The notes beneath the pieces are model-generated. The model ran no database searches. It saw only the letters and a list, made by a program, of their open reading frames with translations, and was not told where the DNA came from. Below are positions 1 through 9,586 of a stretch of DNA of 62,867 nt, piece after piece. The translations under genes were made by a program, and so were the position numbers. Where the stretch lies: contig JAERTI010000041.1 of NCBI GenBank assembly GCA_016844925.1, positions 1 to 62,867 on the forward strand. Direction: 5' to 3'. The DNA comes from Candidatus Uhrbacteria bacterium. GTDB lineage: Bacteria; Patescibacteriota; Patescibacteriia; UBA9934; GWF2-40-263. Within the stretch, counting starts at the first letter, position 1; every line of letters starts with the position of its first letter.

Positions 1-1
1 A

Positions 2-352
2 GGAGGAACTACAAGTCAGTGTTCCGCTAGCAAACCCCTGTGAGCTACAAGTCTCACCATCGAGATCTGCGCCGTCGCAGGTCTCACCCGGATCGATAAA
101 TCCGTCTCCACAGAAGTACTCGAATCCGTCTCCTGCTTCTACTTCATAACTTGATGATTCTTGAAATCCTGGAATTGCCTCCACAGCCCCCTGCATTTGA
201 TAGCTCGTAGAGGTTGCCTCCGTTCCGTGTGTTGAGAGGAATCCCTGTTCTGGGAGAACCTCATAACTAGTGGAGGAGACCGCGCCCACGCTCCACGGCA
301 AGGCCATGAGCGTGAAAGCCACGAGCAAGAGCGGTAGTGTGTGTAATCTCAT
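2..352 (-). CDS. Secreted Cys-rich repeat protein (myxococcal Cys-rich/DUF4215-like), 5' part only; runs off the window edge
   Basis: Not in the ORF track; translated by hand from ATG at 352: MRLHTLPLLLVAFTLMALPWSVGA (signal peptide)...FCGDGFIDPGETCDGADLDGETCSSQGFASGTLTCSSS. CGDG-x5-E-x-CD motif; no stop before the edge. Confidence 0.8.
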   Translation of the reverse strand, partial: MRLHTLPLLLVAFTLMALPWSVGAVSSTSYEVLPEQGFLSTHGTEATSTSYQMQGAVEAIPGFQESSSYEVEAGDGFEYFCGDGFIDPGETCDGADLDGETCSSQGFASGTLTCSSS

Positions 353-378
353 AATCGTATGCTCGATTGACACGTGAT

Positions 379-1929
379 TTAGAAGGCGCCTGAGTAAGCA
401 ATCGCTGCAACAATGTTCCAGTCCTGATCAGAGCTTGGGAGAGCTCCGAATGCGTCCACAAACGTGGTGACTGCTGCAGACTCTGCCTCTAGGTCCTGCT
501 CCTCCGGTGTGTATCCGTGAACCATATAATCGATGGCGACCCAGTCTTCGTCAGAAGATGGGAGCTCACCTGTCAGCTGACCGAACCAGCCGATTGCCTG
601 CTGTTCAAGGGTCATCTCTTCCTCTTCTCCTGTCTCTTCTTCAACAACCTCTTCTTCCTGAGCCTCCTCTTCCATTGCTTCTTCCTCCTCTACAACCTCT
701 TCTGCTTCCTCACCCTGCTCGTCATAGGTGAGCAGGTCTGTGTAAGCAATCGTATGGAGGACATTCCATTCCATTTCTGTTGCTGGCATCTTGGCGTACT
801 TCTGTCCAAACAAGACGAGTGCATCTTCTTCAGCCTGCAAGTCGCGTGGGTCTCCCTGACATCCGCCGTAGGCAATACAGTGGAGAGCCTCCCAATCGTT
901 ACCAGACGATGGCATGCGTGCGTAGAACGCTCCGAAGTAAACGAGTGCCTCTGCCTCAAGGTTTACATCCTCTTCCATCTCTTCCTCTTCCATTACTTCT
1001 TCTTCCTCAACAACTTCTTCCTCTTCTTCTTCAGCGACCTCCTCTTCTTCTACCTCTTCTGCCACTTCCTCCTCTGCAGCCTCTTCTTCTGCTGCCTCAA
1101 GTGGGGTCAAGCCGAGTAAACCAGCTCCTACCTCTGTATAGGCCAGAGCGTGGATAGCGTACCAATCCATGTCTGAGGAAGGATTTGTTCCAAACACTTC
1201 ATTATAATAGGTAATGGCTGCCACCTCGTAAGCGGTGTCACGGTGGTCTGCATCGTAGCAATCATCGTAGGCAATACAGTGGAGCATATCCCACTGAGCC
1301 TCTGTAGAAGGAAGGGTTCCAGCCAGCGCGGCGTAGTAACCAAGCGCATCAGATTCTGCTGTTGCAGAAGATGTTCCTCCACTCACTTCTTCTTCCTCAC
1401 CTGCGTCTGTAGTCACCTCTTCAGCCTCACTATCAACAGCCTCACCGTCGATGGTGATGGTTGATGAGCCGAGGTTGTCTGTGTCGAGCATCTCCTCACC
1501 ATCGGCAATTAATCGTGAGTCGCTGGTAATGGAGATCGTGGCGGTACCAGAAGTGAGAGCACGGAACGTGATAGTTCCGAATGTACCTGAGCTCTCGACG
1601 GGGTCACCAAACTTGAAGGCTCCCTGAGAAAGCTCACCTGCGGTGTTATCAATCTCGTTTGATGGTGACACGTATGGAAACAAGCTCCCCAGATCAAACG
1701 CGGTGACCTCGAGCAAACTTTCGTCAAACTCGATCTCGACACGCGCAGTGTCTAGTGACTCTCCACTTGGGTCGACCATGACGCTCAAACTAAAACTGTC
1801 CCCTGTTGAGACCGAAGTGTTGGTCGGGGACAGCGAGAACGTAGCCGCGCCTGAGGCGTGGGCCGTGGAGATGCCGAAGCTTGCGATGGACATCGCAAGA
1901 CCTAGGAAGAGGACGGCGATCTTCTGCAT
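379..1929 (-). CDS. Secreted cohesin-domain protein with Glu-rich linkers and six C-terminal ~35-aa repeats
   Basis: Signal peptide; cohesin-like beta-sandwich (FSLSP...GDSFSLSVMVD...FDESLLEV...GTFGTITFRALTSGTATIS); three pairs of E-x2-A-x3-F/Y-x6-P-x4-W-x2-h-x2-hAY repeats. Confidence 0.85.
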   Translation of the reverse strand: MQKIAVLFLGLAMSIASFGISTAHASGAATFSLSPTNTSVSTGDSFSLSVMVDPSGESLDTARVEIEFDESLLEVTAFDLGSLFPYVSPSNEIDNTAGELSQGAFKFGDPVESSGTFGTITFRALTSGTATISITSDSRLIADGEEMLDTDNLGSSTITIDGEAVDSEAEEVTTDAGEEEEVSGGTSSATAESDALGYYAALAGTLPSTEAQWDMLHCIAYDDCYDADHRDTAYEVAAITYYNEVFGTNPSSDMDWYAIHALAYTEVGAGLLGLTPLEAAEEEAAEEEVAEEVEEEEVAEEEEEEVVEEEEVMEEEEMEEDVNLEAEALVYFGAFYARMPSSGNDWEALHCIAYGGCQGDPRDLQAEEDALVLFGQKYAKMPATEMEWNVLHTIAYTDLLTYDEQGEEAEEVVEEEEAMEEEAQEEEVVEEETGEEEEMTLEQQAIGWFGQLTGELPSSDEDWVAIDYMVHGYTPEEQDLEAESAAVTTFVDAFGALPSSDQDWNIVAAIAYSGAF

Positions 1930-1996
1930 AAGAAAAATGTTAGGCGGTTAAATGTAAATGGATGGCGTGGGTCGCGCCAAAAAAGATTCGCAAAAA

Positions 1997-2005
1997 TTAT
2001 AACAC
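1997..2005 (-). promoter_or_regulatory. Extended -10 element (TGTTATAAT) upstream of the cohesin gene
   Basis: Exact TGn-TATAAT on the minus strand ~68 nt upstream of the ATG at 1929. Confidence 0.55.
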
Positions 2006-2303
2006 GTGAGTCAACGTCACCGTAGTCAAAACTGTGCATAACATGGGGCAAATAAAACACATTTTGTTCACTAGCTTTACGAAAAAAAATGAAGAGCTCG
2101 ATGCTCTTCATTTTCTTCTCTTCCACCCTCTCACCTTCCTACCGACGTACCTCCTTGAGTGAGTACTGAGACAACCTTGAACCAACTATCACAGGCCCTG
2201 ATCTCAACGCTCGCACTGAGAATCGACTCATCATCCATCAACAAGTTACGCACCTACTTCTGTCCACGTACGATTAGACAAACAGGTCTGTCCACACCGA
2301 TTC

Positions 2304-3623
2304 TTACACTTCTGACCGAGGGAAAAATAATCGTGCCGTCTTTAAAATAATCAACACATCAAGCAGAAGCGACCGGTTCTTAATGTAGTACAAGTCATAC
2401 TCAAACTTCTCTCGAGAATCCATCACTGAGCGGGCATAGCGAAAATTAATTTGCGCCCATCCAGTGAATCCTGGCTTAATCAAATGACGAATGTGATAGT
2501 GCGGAATTTCTTTTTCTAGCTTCGCCACGAACTCTGGACGCTCCGGACGTGGCCCAACAAGCGAGATATCCCCACGCAACACATTGATAAGCTGCGGCAA
2601 CTCATCCAGGTGTGAGGCGCGCAAAAACGCTCCGACACGCGTCACACGTGAATCACGCTTCTGTGCCCACTGTGCCCCATGTACCTCCGCATTCTTTCGC
2701 ATGGACCGAAACTTGTAGATGGAAAACAGTCGCCCATTCTTCCCCACCCGCCTCTGACTGTAAAACGCGGGACCACGATCCTCGATCTTCACCGCCAGAG
2801 CAATCAAGAGCCAGACAGGTAGTGTCAGCACAAGAATCACTAATGCAATGAGGAAATCCCCAATGCGCTTCACTTGCTGATACAGCCCATCGTGACGCTC
2901 AGCGACATTTTGCAAAAACCATTTCTGATCCACAGCAGACAACGGAATCTTCTTAGAAAAACGCTCATACACCTGAGCGAAACTCATGTACGACGTCCCC
3001 ATAGGGAGTGTGGCATACATCACCTGCATGAGTCCTGGATCAGAAACGGACAGGTGTGGTAGCGCAATAACATGAAGACGGTGCTGTTGAATCTTTACTG
3101 AGAGGGACGCGTCCAGATCTGAAAAGACCATGCTCTCAAAACCCAAATGCCCATGCAGACGAATGAGGGCATGCAAATCCTGCGCCTCTCTTGGGCTACC
3201 AAAAATCCCAATCCGCCATGGATTCAGCTTTGCTAACTTCCGAAAAAACAAACTGCGCCACAAAAGCGCCACACCCCCAAACAACGCCACATGAACAAGA
3301 AGGTTTACCTTAGGAGTAATGGCCGTTGTAGGAACTAGGTAAAAGTATGCTGAGCCCAGAGCAAACAACAGGATAAGGCCCCCAAGGAATCGTCCAAAGA
3401 ATCGCTGAGAGGAGGGCATTAGGGAGAGGTCATAGAGGCCCAGGACGTAAAAACCCACTAACCAAAGGATATAGACAAAGGAAAAAGGAAGGACATGTGT
3501 GGAAAATGGCTCTGCATAGATCTCCCCAAACCGAACCCACATGGTGAGCGCGAGCGTTCCGTACATGAGTACTATGTCCCCTAGAAGCAGGATGAATTTT
3601 TTCTCTCGTAAATGCATGTACAC
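2304..3623 (-). CDS. Polyprenyl glycosylphosphotransferase (WcaJ/WbaP-family initiating sugar transferase)
   Basis: N-terminal TM helices; Bac_transf motifs KR-x2-D, F-x-h-YKFRSM, D-x-RVT-x-VG-x-FLR-x3-LDELPQ, SLVGPRPE, KPG-x-TGWAQ, YDLYYIKN. Confidence 0.92.
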   Translation of the reverse strand: MYMHLREKKFILLLGDIVLMYGTLALTMWVRFGEIYAEPFSTHVLPFSFVYILWLVGFYVLGLYDLSLMPSSQRFFGRFLGGLILLFALGSAYFYLVPTTAITPKVNLLVHVALFGGVALLWRSLFFRKLAKLNPWRIGIFGSPREAQDLHALIRLHGHLGFESMVFSDLDASLSVKIQQHRLHVIALPHLSVSDPGLMQVMYATLPMGTSYMSFAQVYERFSKKIPLSAVDQKWFLQNVAERHDGLYQQVKRIGDFLIALVILVLTLPVWLLIALAVKIEDRGPAFYSQRRVGKNGRLFSIYKFRSMRKNAEVHGAQWAQKRDSRVTRVGAFLRASHLDELPQLINVLRGDISLVGPRPERPEFVAKLEKEIPHYHIRHLIKPGFTGWAQINFRYARSVMDSREKFEYDLYYIKNRSLLLDVLIILKTARLFFPRSEV

Positions 3624-3649
3624 GATGCGTTATCTGTCTGAGGGCCATC

Positions 3650-5560
3650 TTAGTAGAACTCTGCCAGAAGCGCGAGTGTCACCCCCTCTTCCACCATCTG
3701 CTGGGCAAGTGCGTGCAGCTTCTGAGCTCGTACCACTTCTGGTCCAGCCGCCAGTGAAGCTGAGGTTAAAGCCAAGGCCTCGTCTGTACGACCTTGCTCT
3801 AGATACACCGCCGCCAGAGCCCAATGAAGCTCATGTGAGTCGGGAGACACTTCAAGCCCCCTCTTAAGGAGTTCTTGAGCATCCTCAAGAGAGTACCCGT
3901 CAAAGTACCGCGCAGCTCCCTGATAGACGTACGCCAAATAAATATAGCTGCGAAGATAATGCGGAGCCCTCTCAATGGTTTGAAGATTCGCCCGCTCTGT
4001 CAGGGCAATCTCCTTTGTAAACAGCTCGCTAAGGGCTTCTGCCTGCACCGCATCGACGCGCCAGAGCGCGTTCCCTGTTTCGTTTGCCAAAAAAGCGCGA
4101 CGGAAATCAATGCCATAACCAGATCGTGTTGTCGCCACCTCATATAATTCCAGTCGTTGCTCCGCTGTTGGCGCCGAGAGCACGCGCACGGTCGCACGGT
4201 GCCCAGAAAATGGAAGGGCTACAAAAAAAACGAGAGCAGCTGGTAAAAGAATGGTTGCTGCCGCAGGAACCCATGTCGCCACCTGACGTGGAGCCTTCTT
4301 TGCTCCCAAAACGTGCCCCACAAGTGCGAGTGCCACGATCCACATGAGGAGCGTGGTCAACGAATCGAAGACGGTCAGACTTTGTACGACATACGCCGCG
4401 AGCCCCGCAAGCAGAACTGAAGCGGCAAGGTCTCCTTCCCTAAGCCTGCGGAACAATCCGCGTACCACTACCGCCCACAGGAGAACAAACACCATCAAAC
4501 CAACCAGGCCCACATCAAGAAGAAGATCTAAGGGCTTGCTATGTACGCGATCGAACCAAGGATTCTCGTCGCAGCGCAGAGAACCAAAGCAAGGGTCATA
4601 ATGTGTGGCGATCACCGCGGGAACGTTCTCAGGACCCCATCCAAAAATAGGACGTTCAGCAGCCCCTTCAAGGGCAATGTCCCAAACAACGAATCGTGCC
4701 TCGCCCGTCTGATGAATAATCGCCTCACGCACGGCACTACCAGGCACGAAGGCGAGTGTGACAATCGAGACGAACGTTAGAGCAAGCACTGTCACAAGAC
4801 CCACGGCCGTCAGTCGGCCCGCGCGTGAACGTGCCCTCTGCCAAAGAGCCAAGGCGGCAAACAAAACGCCACCACCAAAGAATGCATAGATCGAAGCGTA
4901 GGCCGTTGTTGAAAGAAGTGTAAAGATGAATAGAGCCAGAACACTAAGAGCCAACAGGCGAGACCGTCTCATTGCAGATCGCACCGCCAAGACCCCGACG
5001 AACATCATGTTTAACAGCAAATACGCCCCAAAAAATGAAGAATTCCCAATGGTCGATCCACCCGTGCTCCCAAGGACTGCACGTAGCCCTACCACTTCCC
5101 CGAGGTGCGCCAGGGACACGAGAGTCGCCACCATCGCAGCGACGGCCAAGAACGCATTCCAATCTCGCTGTGATCGCAACACTCCCGTCAGGACCGGGTA
5201 GAGGGCACCTAAATGAAACCAAAAGAGCAGCCCCGTGGACCGCTCTATGCCAGAGTAAAAACTCATCAGTGGATCAACACCAAACACTGTTGCCAATGCC
5301 AATGCTCCGATAAATACGTAGAGCCACACGCCAACGCTTCCGATCCGTGGCGCGTACTCCTTTCGACGGGAAGCTAACCACAGATACAACACCACGGTCA
5401 GCTCGCTGAGCAAAAGAAACGCATGAGCCTTGGTCGAACCTAATGGAAACAAGAGGCCTCTCCACTGCACCAGTGGGATCAACAAGTGAAGCGCCAGCCC
5501 CACGCGCACTGCCCAAAGCAGACCCACGTCCCATCTCGTCATTTGGGGAAGCTTGTTCAT
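3650..5560 (-). CDS. O-antigen ligase (Wzy_C)/O-oligosaccharyltransferase-like membrane protein with C-terminal TPR, paralog 1
   Basis: Many TM segments; GSTIGNSSFFGAYL; R-x2-W...RP-x-FGWG-x-EN; DRVHS; TPR-like C-terminus (LHWALAAVYLEQGRTDEALAL). Confidence 0.85.
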   Translation of the reverse strand: MNKLPQMTRWDVGLLWAVRVGLALHLLIPLVQWRGLLFPLGSTKAHAFLLLSELTVVLYLWLASRRKEYAPRIGSVGVWLYVFIGALALATVFGVDPLMSFYSGIERSTGLLFWFHLGALYPVLTGVLRSQRDWNAFLAVAAMVATLVSLAHLGEVVGLRAVLGSTGGSTIGNSSFFGAYLLLNMMFVGVLAVRSAMRRSRLLALSVLALFIFTLLSTTAYASIYAFFGGGVLFAALALWQRARSRAGRLTAVGLVTVLALTFVSIVTLAFVPGSAVREAIIHQTGEARFVVWDIALEGAAERPIFGWGPENVPAVIATHYDPCFGSLRCDENPWFDRVHSKPLDLLLDVGLVGLMVFVLLWAVVVRGLFRRLREGDLAASVLLAGLAAYVVQSLTVFDSLTTLLMWIVALALVGHVLGAKKAPRQVATWVPAAATILLPAALVFFVALPFSGHRATVRVLSAPTAEQRLELYEVATTRSGYGIDFRRAFLANETGNALWRVDAVQAEALSELFTKEIALTERANLQTIERAPHYLRSYIYLAYVYQGAARYFDGYSLEDAQELLKRGLEVSPDSHELHWALAAVYLEQGRTDEALALTSASLAAGPEVVRAQKLHALAQQMVEEGVTLALLAEFY

Positions 5561-5563
5561 ATA

Positions 5564-7570
5564 CTATAAGTACAACTGATACAGCAATGCTTGTCTATCT
5601 GAGTCGAGCAACTCTTCAATCTTCGTAGAAAGGTTTGGATGAACATCAAGCGCCTCAACAATCGCTATGTCCAGAGCCTCTTGGTCTTCATCAAACGTAA
5701 GCGCCAACACGTGAAACAAATGCGCATTGGAAACACCTGGCGAGACCTCACGAATGAACCCCGTAAGAGCCAGCGCCTCATCTACTCTCCCCTGATCCAG
5801 ATACACAGAGGCGAGTTCCCAATACGCCTGTGGGTGCAAAGGGTTCTGCTCGATGGCTCCGAGCAGGACACGCTCAGCGTCCGCATAGGCCGCTGGATCA
5901 ATAAAGTGGGCTCTGGCGTGATGAAGAAGCCCTAAGTCAATCCAGGCTCGCAAAGGATTCGGTGAGTTATCGATCGTATCGTTAAGCGCCTCCGTAGCTA
6001 GATCAAGCTCCACCATCACAAGCGGGAGAATTTGCTCGAGTGTCTGTTCATCAACACTCCAAATCACTGCCCCAGTTTGGTTCGCCATGTACACCCGGCG
6101 ATCATCGATGCCGATCTTGCCTGACGTAACTGCCGTACGATACGCCGCAATACGTTCTTCTCCCGTCGTGGCATTGCTCGCATCTACCACAGCCGCTGTT
6201 CCCTCAATGGAAGGAAGGACTCCCTTGGTAAATAGCATGACCGCACCAACCGTGACGAGGATCGGCACCACGGCAAACCAGCGACCGTATGCAGGTGAAC
6301 TCTTGCGTTCATCCGTTACGAGTGTCTCCACCATCGCTAGAGTAAGAACCCACATCACCAGAACAACTGGAATATCTAGGATCGTTAAATTCTGAACGAA
6401 GTGGGCAGCGAAAATCGCTGTAAGCACGGCCGCAATAGGAGCCTTTATGTTTTTGTTACGCACCCCTCGATACAGTCCCCACAAAGCGATACCAAGAATC
6501 GAAAGATAACTTACGAGCCCAAGTACTCCCATCTCAATCCAGACATCTAAAAGTTTGTTGTGCGCACGATCCACCCACATCTCGTACCCACACAATGCTG
6601 ATCCAAAACAAGGATCGTAATGATTGAGAGAGACGATTTGAAACGTCTCAGCCCCCCAACCAAACCCAGGGCGCTCAAGAATCCCCTGCCAAGCGTGATC
6701 CCAAATAATGAGCCGCGAGCTCGATGAAAGCTCTGTAAATGTTTGATGAATGAAACTCCCAGGCTGAAACGTGGAAGCTATCACCCCCACGGTAGTAAGC
6801 GTTAACACAATCAGCCCTGCGATACCTACCCGACGCCGACCAATTGATGGACTGACTACCAACAGAAGCCCTCCTAGCAACACCAATCCACCGATCGTAG
6901 AAATAAGCGCCGCATACGCCGTGGAAAGCGAAAGGGTGCCGAGAAGAAACGTGGCTGTACCAAACCCATACCACCGAGAGGCCGTGGCTTGCGCTCGTAT
7001 CGCAATAAGGAGAGCAAAGAATATGTGAAAGAGCAGGTAGGCTCCCAAAAACGACGAGTTCCCTATCGTCGAACCGTTCGCTGCCGCATAGGCCACGTCT
7101 ATCCCTGAAAGGTGAAGGAGCTGTATCACGGCAATAACGACAGCCATACCTGTACTCACATGAAGGAGCTTGAGCCAGTCGGCCTCAGGACGGAATAATC
7201 CACAAACAACAACAAACAAGGCCAGTAAGTGGAGCCACATAAACCCGCCACTGTGCCGATCAAGACTCCCCCAAAAACTTAAAGATGGATCCACTCCCAA
7301 GGCCCCTGTCACGAGCACAAGCGCGACAAATATCGAGAGAGCGATGCCAACTGGACCTAAGCGTGGAGCCTTACTGGGACGTACATACACTAGCCAGGCG
7401 TAGCCGATCACGAGCAACTGAATCATTCCCATCAACGCAAAGGCCTTGGCGGAAGAGTAGGAATAGTAGAGCTGCGGCGTGTTCAACAAAGGGACCCCCA
7501 AAAGGACAAACACACCGACTTGAAGCATCCGCTCAAGCCAGTGTGCCGCATCTCGCTCTGATTGTTTCAT
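5564..7570 (-). CDS. O-antigen ligase/O-OTase-like TPR protein, paralog 2
   Basis: Same motifs: GSTIGNSSFLGAYL, RPGFGWGAETF, DRAHNK, AYWELASVYLDQGRVDEAL. Confidence 0.85.
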   Translation of the reverse strand: MKQSERDAAHWLERMLQVGVFVLLGVPLLNTPQLYYSYSSAKAFALMGMIQLLVIGYAWLVYVRPSKAPRLGPVGIALSIFVALVLVTGALGVDPSLSFWGSLDRHSGGFMWLHLLALFVVVCGLFRPEADWLKLLHVSTGMAVVIAVIQLLHLSGIDVAYAAANGSTIGNSSFLGAYLLFHIFFALLIAIRAQATASRWYGFGTATFLLGTLSLSTAYAALISTIGGLVLLGGLLLVVSPSIGRRRVGIAGLIVLTLTTVGVIASTFQPGSFIHQTFTELSSSSRLIIWDHAWQGILERPGFGWGAETFQIVSLNHYDPCFGSALCGYEMWVDRAHNKLLDVWIEMGVLGLVSYLSILGIALWGLYRGVRNKNIKAPIAAVLTAIFAAHFVQNLTILDIPVVLVMWVLTLAMVETLVTDERKSSPAYGRWFAVVPILVTVGAVMLFTKGVLPSIEGTAAVVDASNATTGEERIAAYRTAVTSGKIGIDDRRVYMANQTGAVIWSVDEQTLEQILPLVMVELDLATEALNDTIDNSPNPLRAWIDLGLLHHARAHFIDPAAYADAERVLLGAIEQNPLHPQAYWELASVYLDQGRVDEALALTGFIREVSPGVSNAHLFHVLALTFDEDQEALDIAIVEALDVHPNLSTKIEELLDSDRQALLYQLYL

Positions 7571-7581
7571 AAAGGAACCGA

Positions 7582-9585
7582 TTAAAAGTGAAGGAGCACG
7601 AGAAGACGTTCACGCTGCTGCTCTAAGTCTGCCGCTAAGAGCGTAAGAACATCTGCCTCCGATTTTGGATCCAGAAGAAGAGTCTGCTCTGCCGCAGCCT
7701 CAAGCGCTTCTCGATCTCCTGTAAACAACAAGGCCATCATATGAAAAATATGTGCCCGTGGAACATCCGGAGAAACGGTGACGATGTGCTGTGTAAGCGC
7801 CACGGCCTCATCCACTCTCCCCTGATCCAAATAGATAGATGCCAAAGCCCAGTGTGCTTGGGGTTGTAAGGGGTTATTCTCAACTGCCTCAACGAGAAGA
7901 TCTTCAGCACGATCCAACATTTCAGGATCGAGTTTGCGCGAGGCCCCCTGCAGCGCATAGGCAAGCTCCAGCTGTCCGCGCAAATAATTTGGCGACTCTT
8001 CTAATGTCTCGCCAATGACCTCTTCAATGAGGGCCAACTCTTCTCGTAGGAATGTCTCAATTTGAGGAACAGATTCAACAGGCACATCCCACATCACCTT
8101 GGCGGTCTGGTTCACAAGGTAAACACGTCTAAAATCAATACCAATTGGAGAGAGCGTAACAGCACGTTCATAGGCCTGTGAACGATCTTCAAGTGTTGTT
8201 GCCAACACAGTCCGGCCAACCGCCGTGTTCCCCTGCGCTGGCTGCACGACAAAAAAGATCAGGGCGAACACCGTCACAATACTGGCCGCCAGAGGCATGA
8301 GGACAGGAAGCTGCTTACCCTCATGGACCTTAGGTGCGCGCGTGAAAGCTTTTGAACCCGCAGAAGCAGCGAAAGCTAACGTGAGTACAAACATGAGCAG
8401 GCCTGATGACATGTCCAGAATTGTCAGGTTCTGCACAACATACGCAGCCAACACACTCCCAAGCACCGCAAGCTCAGCCACGCGCTCTTTCACAAGAGAG
8501 CGAATAGCCACCACAAAGATCCCAACATAACTCACAAGCCCAACAATGCCGGCCTCCACGAGCAGGTCAAGGACCTTGTTGTGCGCTCGATCAAACCAAA
8601 GCTCGTGACCACAGTACTCGCTTCCAAGACACGGATTGTAAAACTCGAGTGAGACGAGCTGGAAGTTTTCCAGACCCCACCCAAACAACGGACGGGTGAG
8701 GAATGCCTGCCACGCCATATCCCAGACGACGAACCGCGACCCCGTGGCAATATCTGTAAACCACGTGTACACGACGCTCCCTTCTTGGAAGGCGAGCGCA
8801 ACGGTAGCAAGGAACCCAAGAGCAAGCGCCAGGAAGAGCCCCCAGCCAGCCTTGCGTCGACCAGAAGTTTTCCCGCCAGCCATCAACAAGAGTGCGGCGC
8901 AAAGAATCGCTCCACCAACCAACGAAATCTTTGCGGCGTTGGCTGTCGTCAGCATGAGCGTCACCGCGAGAATAGCCCCTGAGACCATCCCATACGTGCG
9001 TAATCGCCCTTTTGCTCTGAGTCCAAGATAGGCCGCGAAGCCGATTTGAAAAAGAAGATACGTCCCAAAAAATGAGGAGTTTCCAAACGTGGATCCGCCA
9101 CGCTGCGCGCCAATCGCCTCAATCCCCATGAGCGTAAACAAGTGCACCGCAGCTGTAACAAGAGCCACACTCACTGATACGGCAAACAATCCAAGCCACT
9201 GCTCTCGTGAACGAAAGAGCGTGGTGACCACCCAGAAAAACCCAAGCAGATGCAGCCACATGAGCCCACCGGTAATACGGTCGACGCTGGCCCAGAAACT
9301 AAACGAAGGGTCGACGCCAAAAAACGATGTAACGAGTAGGATCGCCACAAACACACTCAGGGCGATTCCCACTGATGTGCGGACTGGTCGGATATCTGGG
9401 CGCAGCCACATGAGCCAAATCACTCCCAAGACGAGAAGATCGACAAGGCCCATAATCACATACGCCTTGGTTGTTGTGTAAGGAAACAGAAACGCTTTGG
9501 AGTACACAAGAGGTACCAACACGGTGGCATACACCCCCCACCTCAGAAGCGTTTGTAAATGATCTGCCGGAGTAGATTCGGTCAT
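7582..9585 (-). CDS. O-antigen ligase/O-OTase-like TPR protein, paralog 3
   Basis: Start revised to ATG 9585 (MTESTP) because the longer track ORF overlaps paralog 4 and matches no paralog. GSTFGNSSFFGTYL, RPLFGWGLENF, DRAHNK. Confidence 0.85.
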   Translation of the reverse strand: MTESTPADHLQTLLRWGVYATVLVPLVYSKAFLFPYTTTKAYVIMGLVDLLVLGVIWLMWLRPDIRPVRTSVGIALSVFVAILLVTSFFGVDPSFSFWASVDRITGGLMWLHLLGFFWVVTTLFRSREQWLGLFAVSVSVALVTAAVHLFTLMGIEAIGAQRGGSTFGNSSFFGTYLLFQIGFAAYLGLRAKGRLRTYGMVSGAILAVTLMLTTANAAKISLVGGAILCAALLLMAGGKTSGRRKAGWGLFLALALGFLATVALAFQEGSVVYTWFTDIATGSRFVVWDMAWQAFLTRPLFGWGLENFQLVSLEFYNPCLGSEYCGHELWFDRAHNKVLDLLVEAGIVGLVSYVGIFVVAIRSLVKERVAELAVLGSVLAAYVVQNLTILDMSSGLLMFVLTLAFAASAGSKAFTRAPKVHEGKQLPVLMPLAASIVTVFALIFFVVQPAQGNTAVGRTVLATTLEDRSQAYERAVTLSPIGIDFRRVYLVNQTAKVMWDVPVESVPQIETFLREELALIEEVIGETLEESPNYLRGQLELAYALQGASRKLDPEMLDRAEDLLVEAVENNPLQPQAHWALASIYLDQGRVDEAVALTQHIVTVSPDVPRAHIFHMMALLFTGDREALEAAAEQTLLLDPKSEADVLTLLAADLEQQRERLLVLLHF

Positions 9586-9586
9586 A

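Noticed and set aside
517-1157. Plus-strand ORFs rich in F/L/P over the cohesin gene
   Set aside because: Antisense shadows of GAA/GAG-rich codons; no independent coding signal.
2230-2300. Two CTGTCCAC motifs resembling DnaA boxes
   Set aside because: Two to three mismatches to TTWTNCACA, no dnaA or AT-rich unwinding element nearby; insufficient for an origin call.
4223-4230. A8 tract in O-OTase paralog 1 (and T8 near 31771) as phase-variation sites
   Set aside because: Both genes are in frame and the tracts are short; no evidence of slippage without reads.
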